Source: Phoronis australis (Eukaryota > Animalia > Phoronida). Taken from it: a stretch of 64,000 nucleotides of DNA. Both the position numbers and the translations under genes were made by a program. Shown here one piece after another: positions 54,086-64,000 of this stretch; position 1 is the stretch's first letter, and every line of letters starts with the position of its first letter. The stretch spans positions 633,311 through 697,310 of the forward strand of contig NMRA01000208.1 of the NCBI GenBank assembly GCA_002633005.1, read 5' to 3'. The notes beneath the pieces are model-generated. The model saw only the letters and a list, made by a program, of their open reading frames with translations, did no database searches and was not told the DNA's origin.

Positions 54086-56274
54086 CAGGGCTCGACGCTA
54101 TTAAAATCGCCAGGTCGCATTTTGCGACCTAGCCAAAATCCCAGGTCGCATTTTCAAAATCCAGCTCGCATTAGTAAATGCCAGGTCGCAAAATTTTCCA
54201 GCCATTTTTACGCGCCAAAATAGATTTTTTAGATCATCGAGAAAATGTTTAGATTATGCTCTTACCTGCAGCGTTAAATACTCACAAATTTCGGATCTCA
54301 AAATTGACTTCATTCATGCAGGTACGGCCTTACTGTTCTTCACGACCGCCATTGAAAGACTCTAGAGCGCAAGGCAAGTTGCCGACGTGAAAGTTGAATC
54401 AGTGCTCTCTAACTGACTTGTGCATTCGAGTAGCTAAATTTGCGATGTGAAAAGGGAGAAAATGCCCGTTGAAAAAGTATCCGGGATTTTGTTAGATCTG
54501 GTCTGCTACTGGCCGTCATCAAAGTCGTTAACGATTCAAACTCGGGTAATCGCGAGTTTGCTCTTCAATACTCTCCACTAAGTACGGGAAAAATAGGTCA
54601 GTCGCAAAACGACACGCACGTCACTAGTGTTAACTTTCTTTCCGAGGTATAAAACAAAGCCGGGATTTGGTTTTTACATATTGTGAAAAGACGTTTTTGA
54701 AAACTGAAGTTGTGTAAAATGAAAGTGACACACACCATATAAGCTGCGTGTCAATTTTAAACCACACGCGGTCGTTTGTAGTGCGCAATGATGGGCGCTA
54801 GCTTGAACTGTGGGCGCTTAATTGGAAATTCTCAAAATTTAAGGGGGGACTTTTAATAGATCAGTGAGCGCTTATTATGAAACACTTTAAAGGTAGGGAG
54901 TAGGCTTGTGCGTGAGCATAGTCGTTAACCTCAGTGTTTGCGGTAATAAGATATTAAAACGCTGCAATGGTAAGAAAAGTTATAATAATACGATTTTGCG
55001 AGGCAAACTCCATCTGGTAGGGGTGACTTTCTGGATATCGTTACCACCTACATTGTACCCTTTTTAGCCACCCGGAATGATTTTTTTAACTGCCCGCTTC
55101 AGCCGGAACAAGGTTGTTTCTATAGGAGTCTGAACATTTTACGGCGACGGTGGTTCGGGGAGCGAAAAGTTGCCGGGGGGGGGGGTGTATAAAGAGAAGA
55201 ATAAAAAGTTCGCTAACTTGAACCACAATTTCGCATCTAGTGCCAGTTTAGTTGCAATAGCTGGCTACGGGCATAGAATACAGGGTTTAGAGAACATCGA
55301 CCTCGGGAAACATCGGAACAGGATAACGTTAGTTCTGGGTTATATCGGTCCCGGGACATCGGGTCTTTTATAACCGCTGGGAATCTGAGTTCATTTTCAA
55401 ATAAACCAGAGCCAAGCCGGTATACTCTTTCATTTAGGACTGTCGCTGTTCTTTGAAGTGGTGCGCACGCGTGAGTTCACGCACTTGAATCGCTGGAGTA
55501 GGCCTACACTTTACGTTGGCAACAACGTGTGAAAGACAAATCATATTTCGCGCACGTAGCCCCAGAAACAAGTAAAGGGTTTGAGAATTTCTTGGCAACT
55601 GAAAGTAAAGACGTGACCGTCGTTTGGCGATTAATAAGGTTGTCATTTTCACTTTGGCTGTCTTAATACGATAAAAAGGAGAAGCACATCTCAGTCTAAG
55701 TCACGATTGTCTGCCGGGACCGCTTGCGCGCTAACGGTGCCGCAGTGCGATATCAGGGATATTGTCGTGGATATTTGGTACATGTAATAAGGACATTTTA
55801 TGTGAAAAATAAACATTTTTGTCCACCACAATGTTTGGTAAGTTGATCGCTTAAGAATTAATAGAAACACCGTTGTTTTGTGAAGTTTTATCACGTGTTA
55901 AGCAGTGGCCCGAAACTTTCTTCCGCGAATCCGGGAATTTACAAAAGTGGCCGAAAGTGTTAGCCAATGAAACGCGTCAAAGATCGATTCTGCATATCCC
56001 ATGTTCACGCGACTTGCTTACAAGTCATCGGAAGGGCTGTTCTCGGTTAGTGTTCTTTTGAACTTGGAATTGGCAACAACCAAATAACGGTCGGATTAAC
56101 AAGAGCTGCTTTGTATTTGCCAGGTATCTGTTGAGAAGTGTAAAAACTCAGCTCGCATTCGTTGGAAATTCCAGGTCGCATTTTGCGATTTGATACGACC
56201 TGACAAAAATCTCAGCTCGCATTTCCAAATTTCAGGTCGCAAATGCGACCTGCAGCTCGTTATGTCGAGCCCTG
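54086..56274. mobile_element. 2189-bp non-autonomous hAT-like DNA transposon with an apparent 5-bp TSD
   Basis: TIR cagggctcgac / gtcgagccctg, flanked by gccgc on both sides. Many subterminal caggtcgca / tgcgacct repeats, no long ORF, and absent from the copy at ~61800. Confidence 0.88.
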
Positions 56275-57112
56275 GCCGCCTCTGTTAGCCAGTGACCTTG
56301 ATAAAACGGATAAGCGTGCTAACCATTCAGCTTATGGGCAATTGCCTGTTAGTGAGTTGCTAACAGAGACTCATATCATTCACGTCTATTACATTATTAC
56401 AACCTCAATAGTTCTGTCAATGTGTTGATATATCACAAGTCACAAAACACCTGTTGGCCTGGGGCAGTTTTGCGATAGATTACATATGTTAATTCAAGAA
56501 AACAACAACGATTTTAAGACTTGACATGTTTTGGTGTCATTTATTCAACACCATCCTCAGAAGTGATAATACAGTGGCCACCTAGCTAGGCCCAGCAACA
56601 AGTAATGAAGCACAGATACAGTCAGTTACAGGGAGTGACAATGTTATGTTAATTACAGAGAGATAGGTTTGGCTCCACTTTTCAGATTTTGTTCTCACGA
56701 GCATTGGATCCCTGGTTATGGCACTGTTGAAAAATCCACCCAAGACCGGGATTGAACCCAGGCATTGGGTCTACTAGTCCAGCAACCCAGCTGATCAGCT
56801 ATTCATATTGGCCAGTTATATTGCCATCTTAACTGGGCGAGTGAAGCTGGTTCCATTGCCCCATTTACTCAGGAAATTTTGGTGCAATTTACACCTCAAT
56901 CTGGCCAGTCAGCGTCACGATCTTCACTGGTTAAACTGAATTTTATTTGTTTTATCTGTAAATGCTGATCCACAAACCGTCTCCTGCAATATACTCATCA
57001 AGTTGCTGTGTACAACAAGCTCGTTGTGTGAGTTACTTATAATTGACCTTGCAGGATAATGGTAGAAGAAACCACCAAACTCATATCGGTATAAGCACTT
57101 TTTCAACATAAA

Positions 57113-57385
57113 ATGTCGTTAATGTCTTTCAATTCTCCCAACTAGCGAAAATACTGTGACAATCAAGATTTCTTACTTCATTCATCAACAAAATCATTGA
57201 CGTAACCATTTTGAAGAAAGACCTGTTCCAGAATTGTTCATTCCATCCCATAAGTCATTACTGAATAATGGTTACGGCAATGATTTTGTTGATGAACAAA
57301 TTAAAAGATCAGAAAGAAATCTTTATGGCTACTACCGTAGTAGAGTATCTGTTCAAGTTGGAAGGATTTATAGACATTGACGGCC
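57113..57385. repeat. Long imperfect inverted repeat (foldback/MITE) upstream of a ZRSR2 exon
   Basis: ttcatcaacaaaatcattgacgtaaccatt pairs with aatggttacggcaatgattttgttgatgaa; the outer arms pair more loosely. Confidence 0.75.
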
Positions 57386-57670
57386 ACCAACAAGGTGTTC
57401 CTTCAGAGTATACTTATAGGGAACTGGTTTAGGTAATTCATCCAAGGCGAGGCATTGCGTCAGCATGAGAGAGTGGTTTAAGTATGATCTAAAAAACTTG
57501 TCCTTCATTTTGGTCTTTATATTTGCAATCATTTTAAATATTTTTACTTGTATGAGAAGGGTAAAACAACTTGGAACTTGTAAAGTTGCCTCGTGTTAAT
57601 TGTGATGCTTTCAGAATTACAAGTTTGTGAAGTGATATTGTGTTGAATCAATGTACATTGGTTTTTACAG

Positions 57671-60292
57671 TCATAAAAAATGGAAGGCATTGAAAAAGAA
57701 AGAAAAGCGAAAGCTCGAAAGACAGAGGGCAGCTCGTGAACAGGAACAAATTGAGGGTGAACAGAACAAAGGTGAGTGTAAACAGAACAATGGTTAGGAT
57801 AAAAAGAACAACAGTAAGGGCGAATGGAACAAAGGTGAGAGATTACGGAACAAAGATGAAATCAAATGGAAAAAGGTAAGTTACGGTTTAAAGGTATATC
57901 ATAATTTTCCCAATCTTAAGTCTTTATGTTTACTAAACTTCTTTATGTTTGACGAACTTGGACGGGAATATGATCTAAAAAGTATGTTGCATGCTTGATC
58001 CCTGCTGGAAAAATTTAACCATGAATGACGAATGAGTTTGTGTTTTTTCTCTGGTTTGCAGGTGACAGTGAGGGATCAGTGGGCACAGAAGATGAACAAG
58101 AAAGGTGTGTGAAGCCTGGTATTGATTGTTGTTTTCAGTTGCCTGTCATCTTATTTTATGTACCCTCAGCTTATGGTTTACTTAGAAACAAGATGGCTGT
58201 CATCTTGATATATGACTTGTGCAGTCAGCTTATGGCCACCAAACAATAGGACTGCCTTAGTCACAAACCTTCAACTTAGACAGATCAGTTTGGAAAGAAT
58301 ACTTTGTTCGTTTTATTATTATCATGAGGGACATTTGTGTGCCATAAATTATTTTCGTCACACGAACCTGTGGGACTTAAGTACATCAGTAGAGGTCTTG
58401 GCTCTGTTTTTTGGGTAATTCCTCTTTCTGAGAGTTGGATAAAGCAAAAGAAAACGAATAACAAGCTCTTTACAACACTATATACTATGTACAAGGTCCA
58501 GACGTTTTGTTACTTAGCTTAGAACGTCGTCTGTGAAAACCACACAGCTACAAGGTGAACACTGCTGACTAATATATTAGTATTGTAAATATGACATCGT
58601 TGGTAAAAGCATTTATTTGTTTTTGTTTTCTTTTGTTAATTTGGCTAAAAATGAGAATTATCAGTTGGCTATAAGGAAGGTCCATGCTGATTCTGTTGAA
58701 GACCATTGTCCATAGTAAAATGGAACAAGTGATTTCTAAGTAGACTAAGTGTTAATTGCTTAGGGATCTGTTTCATGAAAGTGACTTAAGTCTTAAGTCA
58801 GAAATTTGACCTCATGCTCCCACTTGGCAGTTGTCAAATAAAGATTTAGTCATGTATTTATCAGCTCATCACTGCCCGAAAATAACATATACAAATAACA
58901 TGTACAGATAACACGTACAGATAGCATGTACAAATAACATATATAAATAACATGTACAAATAACATGTACAAATTACATGTGCAAATAACATGTACAAAT
59001 AACTGTACCGATAACATGTACAGATGACATGTACAGATAACATGTACAAATAACATGTACAAGTAATATGTACAAATAACATGTACAAATAACATGTAAA
59101 AATAATTGTACAGATAACATGTATAGATAACATGTACAGCTAACATGTACAAGTAACATGTACACATTTTCTCAGTAAGTAACAGTTATGGGTATATTCT
59201 CAGGTAGTTTATTCTTTTCTAAAGCGAGTTTCAATTATTTTTAAAACTTAAAATGTGGAGCTTATAACCAAATTTCTGTCTTGAGTCTGTAAGTCACTTT
59301 CATGAAACGGACCCCTGATCAAAATTAGATGAAGACATAAGAGTTTTTTTGACTGAGAATGTTTGGACTGTTGTCTGTGTACAACGTAATGTAGTGCATA
59401 TAATGTGTCTCTGAAACTTCCGTATATTTCTTGATCTTCCGGGAAATTGAGAGTGTGTATCTATGCTGTAAGCTGTCATGTTTTTAACCAGTGTATGTGT
59501 ACAAGATTGACTGCTTCCACTCTAACTGTACTAACCAGTGTATGTGTACAAGATTGACTGCTTCCACTCTAACTGTACTAATCAATGTATGTATAATGTA
59601 ATTGTCCAGTTATTCAAGTTGGTTCTTGTTGTTTTGTTTCAGGCAGTGGCAGCACAATCTGTGGTTGCAACGCGAAGCTGAGGCTCAAAGAGAGTGGAAA
59701 TGGAAGAAACAACGAGAGGAGAAGGAGAGGCTGAGACTGGAGGAAGAAGAGGTAGGTGGCGCTGTTGTGCTTGAGTGGCTGTCGGCTTGAAATAACGTTT
59801 CCTATACGAATCCTGCTGAAACTCAGCTTCTATAAGCTGAATTAACAAATTATTTGCAAGCGACCTGACGCACATACCAGGTGTGTGCAGGCCACTCAGG
59901 TGGGGCCCGTTGCAATACTCTCCTGGAACCATTTCTATGCTTTATTGATTAAGTGAGCTGTGGAGCTTAAGACCGGACTCAAGGGTCTAGCAGTGTACCC
60001 CGGTGGTACCTGACTCAAGGGTCTAGCAGTGTGCCTCGGTGAGTCTCGAACTCACAAACTTCAGTATAGGAAGGGGTCACTCGGTCCACTAGGGCGGCCT
60101 GTGCACGTCTGGTACAGTGTGTACCGGACCGCCTGCAGTTATTTTTTTATCCCACTAGGGCACGATGTCTCCTCTTGCTTAGCTGAGTTAGTTGTGGTTG
60201 TGTTACAGAGAAGGATCAAAGAGGAATGGGAGGAGAGACAAAGGGAAGAGAAAGAGAGAGAAGAGAAGGAAGCAAAGAGAAAAGTTGAACAG
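57671..60292 (+). CDS. ZRSR2: U2AF35-related splicing factor ZRSR2/URP, N-terminal coiled-coil exons only (partial)
   Basis: Exons 57671-57771 (HKKWKALKKKEKRKLERQ), 58062-58104, 59643-59751 (QHNLWLQREAEAQREW), 60209-60292 (RRIKEEWEERQREEKEREE) parallel the remembered ZRSR2 N-terminus, with consistent phases. The start exon is unresolved (candidates ATG 52951 or 57465). The CCCH/UHM exons are not seen because the locus breaks at N 60630. Confidence 0.8.
58762..59315. mobile_element. PIF/Harbinger-like MITE family D carrying an internal 14-bp minisatellite (aataacatgtacaa, 58881-59165)
   Basis: TIR gggatctgtttcatgaaagtgactt / aagtcactttcatgaaacggacccc with tta/tga flanks, and a tandem array inside. 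Confidence 0.8.
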
Positions 60293-60774
60293 GTGAAGGG
60301 GCGCCAGTGGTGCTTCTGTGACACATATCCTCAACTACAATTATTATTTTTCACTGGTTCCTGTGTTTTTACAATCCACTGCTGTTATGAATGATATCGT
60401 TATTCCATAGAGGGAGATCACATTTTAGTGCACTTTTACACATGCCTGCATAATAAGCTCCTGTTATGAAGTTATGAAGTGACACGTGTTCTAGTGGTTG
60501 CTATGCTGGATTTCTGTTTACAAGTTTTTAGCATTCAAGGCTTTAGTCTTACAGTGTTGTGTAAGGATAAGAATACAAAATGCAAAACGCTTCATAGGAT
60601 TTTCGAGAAAGGCTTATTTAGGTTTTTTGNCGCAAAAGGTATTTATAACAACGTGACTTTGATGGTTTAGTCGGTGCGAGGCAAAATTCGCCGAAAAGCT
60701 TCCGGCGTACAGAGCGCCTATAGCCTCTACATCGCCTCTGCTTCGGGCCAACAGAGGCGATGGTCATTGCCTAG

Positions 60775-62232
60775 TGAACTTGCTGAATCAAATAATCATG
60801 GAGAGCGGAAAAAGGTTGGAAAATTAATAAACGTAAAGACCCGAATAAGCGTCGTATAGAGCGGAAAACGAGTCTGAAAAAACTAATCGTATATAAGGCT
60901 ATTCGGAACTCGAGAGTACTGCAGATGAAGCACTGCCTCAGATGGTGCACAAGCTGTGGATCCAGAACACAATAAGATTGTGGCAGACGACAAATTCCAA
61001 GACACTAATGAGTGTTGCTGAACCAGCTGAGGGCAAATTCAAGGTCCTTGAATTTCAAGGACATTAGCCAGGGTGTGTTGCAGAAATAGGTAATCACTGA
61101 CTAAATCAGCGCACCTGTGCCGTAGGAAAGGGAGACTGTTAAAGACGTGCTTCCAGTGAATCGTAGAAAAACAAGTCACTTGACAATGAGCAACGTCCTA
61201 TTAGTCAAACAGTTTACTGGTTAACTGGTTCGATAACCATGTCAGCTGATCTCTGCTACATCGGGCACAGGCCAACGAGTTGAGCGTCACTCGCAGAACA
61301 ATTAACTGATTTCAAGATTTAATTGAACTAGGGTAAACGCTGTAATAATAAGCAGACCAGTATACAGACTTTCACCCCATGCTCCTGAATTTTTTTGTTT
61401 AAAAAAACTTAAAAATCTGTTCATACTTACTTTGACAACTGAAACTTTGACAGTAACAAAACAAAAACATTCAACTTCTGTTTGTTGTTGTGTAATACGT
61501 CAGCATTTTTGCGGTCTCATACAACGTGAGATTTGAACGAGATGCCAATAGTTAGGTGAAAAGATATGGTTGTAAGAGAACATGTCCACGGTGCTCTTGC
61601 CCATGCAACATCCAACTAAGTTAAGGTATTTTTGCTGTGTAATGAAATGTCAAGTGACCTCACTGTTTCCAGTCAAGGTTGTCCCAATGTGTGTATTGTT
61701 CCACTACCGCAAAGCTCTCCCAGTTGCTGTGTTGCACTTGTGATTTTTTGTCATTGTACTGTTGTGAAAGTGCACTTCCGGTGAATCATATGAGCCTCTG
61801 TTAGCAGTGACCTTGATAAAACGGATTAGCGTGCTAACCATTCAGCTTATGGGCAATTGCCTGTTAGCGAGTTGCTAACAGAGACTCATATCATTCACGT
61901 CTATTACAACCTCAATAGTTCTGTCAATGTGTTGATATATCACAAGTCACAAAACAACTGTTGGCCTGGGGCAGTTTTGCTTCAGATAGATTACATATGT
62001 TAATTCAAGAAAACAACAACGGTTTTAAGACTTGACATGTTTCGGTGTCATTCAACACCATCCTCAGAAGTGATAATACAGTGGCCACCTAGCTAGGCCC
62101 AGCAACAAGTAATGAAGCACAGATACAGTCAGTTACAGGGAGTGACAATGTTATGCTAATTACAGAGAGATAGGTTTGGCTCCACTTTTCAGATTTTGTT
62201 CTCACGAGCATTGGATCCCTGGTTATGGCACT
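60775..62232 (+). repeat. Duplicate of ~52928-53962 plus ~56285-56725 (allele lacking the nested insertions), between N 60630 and N 62233
   Basis: Colinear near-identity on both sides of the insertion site. Confidence 0.95.
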
Positions 62233-62233
62233 N

Positions 62234-64000
62234 AAGTAAAAAACAATTTCAATAGATATCGACTGGATTGTCGAATGTTAGCAACTATGTCATTTTCAAG
62301 ATTGTCACAATTAAGTCCATTCTTCATGTTTCAAGTTTGGAGCGAATTGTAAAAATGTTGATGTCCGATGTTGTCGGCAACTTGTTGGTACTTTGTTGAT
62401 TGAAAGGTTCGGCATCGTTCATTAATTGCACAGCATTTGCGCTTCGTTGACTGGCCGCGTTAGCACCACGGTTCGTATCTGTAGCTGAATTATTTGTCAT
62501 ACCAGCATCTGAATCAATGTCTGTATCTGGAAATCTCTCGGTTTGTAAAATAATCCTCGAATTCTTTAGGTCTTTGCGCGGCAGACGACATGATTAAGTA
62601 TGTAGAATGCGCGCATGACAATAACGACGGAAACCGCAGATCACACTGGCTGTGCAAAATCCCGGAATTACTCCCCCGGAAACACGCAAACTTCGGGGAC
62701 AGACACAGTGAAGAGTTGTAACGGCTTGCCAGTTTTTCACAGGGTGCAATCATAAATATTGGATCACCCAAAGAAATTCGTCGAAAGCGTTTTTTTTTTT
62801 GAGCTGCCGATAACACCGCCTCCCGTTCAGCAACGCTAGGACCTCGCTAAAAAGCAAGACTTCGCGATATTACGTGAGATATTGCCGTGTATTTCAAATG
62901 AGAATATGTGACTTTGGCTAGATTTTAACTAGGTCCTAGCGTAGGTCGCAGCAATACTGAACACACATCCGATCTGTGTCACGAGATGCGTGGAATATTG
63001 AAAAATGCACTTTTTGAACATTACATTTCTCATTTCTGAAATAACTGATGGCCTATTTCTTTGAGTGTCTGCCGACCAGCTGTTAATATTGAGAAAGTGG
63101 TTATCATTTCAAGCAAGCTTTTTTAAATTTTGCCAGCCAACACTTTCTTAATTCTGACCGCTGTGATCCAGTCGAACCCGTCCAAAATAACATTCTGACC
63201 GTCCAACAGACGGCTGCTGCATAAATCCTTGCTTGGGAGTCCGATTATTTTACGCTTGGAAACGTACCTACAGTTGTATATTTTAGCGAATAAACTCTTT
63301 TCAAGTGTATGACATGTGACTTCCGTGTGTAACGTGGAGTCGTATATAGCTCTTCTAAATTACAAACTCTGAACTGAGTGTCTCGCGGTCTAGAGATTTA
63401 GAGCGAATAAACGTTGTCTTATGACCAAGGTACGATACCCAGTGTCAGCAAAAAAGTTTTCTGAAGTTTTTGTGTAACAAATGTGTATTGAATGTAACAA
63501 AACTTGTGAACTTGCTGAATCAAATAATCATGGAAAGCGGAAAAAGGTTGGAAAATTAATAAACGTAAAGACCCGAATAAGCATCGTATAGACAGACCGG
63601 AAAACGAGTCTGAAAAAAATAATCGTATATAAGGCTATTCGGAACTCGAGAGTACTGCAGATGAAGCACTGCCTCAGATGGTGCACAAGCTGTGGATCCA
63701 GAACACAATAAGATTGTGGCAGACGACAAATTCCAAGACATTAATGAGTGTTGCTGAACCAGCTGAGGGCAAATTCAAGGTCCTTGAATTTCAAGGACAT
63801 TAGCCAGGGTGTGTTGCAGAAATAGGTAATCACTGACTAAATCAGGAGGCGCACCTGCGCCGGAGGAAAGGGAGACTGTTAAAGACGTGCTTCCAGTGAA
63901 TCGTAGAAAAATAAGGCACTTGGTAATGAGCAATTTCCTATTAGTCAAACAGTTTACAGGTTAACTGGTTCGATAACCATGTCAGCTGATCTCTGCTACA
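62234..64000 (+). repeat. Duplicate of ~51664-53418 (MOSPD1/ZRSR2 intergenic region) starting at N 62233
   Basis: Colinear near-identity with SNPs and small indels. Confidence 0.95.

Noticed and set aside
58850-59167. Cys/Tyr/His-rich ORFs in three frames
   Set aside because: Products of the 14-bp tandem array.

Overview
Eukaryotic genomic DNA: AT-rich, intron-rich and very polymorphic, probably a marine invertebrate (inferred, species not determinable). Five spliced genes could be rebuilt exon by exon from GT-AG boundaries and reading-frame phases: SLC30A9/ZnT9 (minus, 505-13271), head-to-head with the TBC RabGAP GRTP1 (plus, 15990-30674); a divergent Rab-like GTPase (minus, 32472-36651); MOSPD1 (minus, 46880-51075); and the 5' coding part of ZRSR2 (plus, 57671-60292, cut by an assembly gap). 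An intronless 335-aa orphan ORF with repeated AKAP-like helices lies at 41224-42231. The most striking feature is a frameshifted ~3.2-kb coding relic in the 7-kb GRTP1 intron 7. By manual motif reading it is a RAG1/Transib-like DDE transposase with an N-terminal RING-like motif, fused to a C-terminal BRCT-like domain and an HMG box, and lacking all four RAG1 core zinc ligands. The window also holds many MITEs, a tRNA-bearing LTR-like short element, a three-level nested insertion whose empty site is visible in a duplicated copy, and several minisatellites. Five of the six single-N gaps sit at junctions of near-identical duplicated blocks, so those duplications are probably uncollapsed haplotypes. 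All homology calls come from motif recognition by eye; no searches were run.
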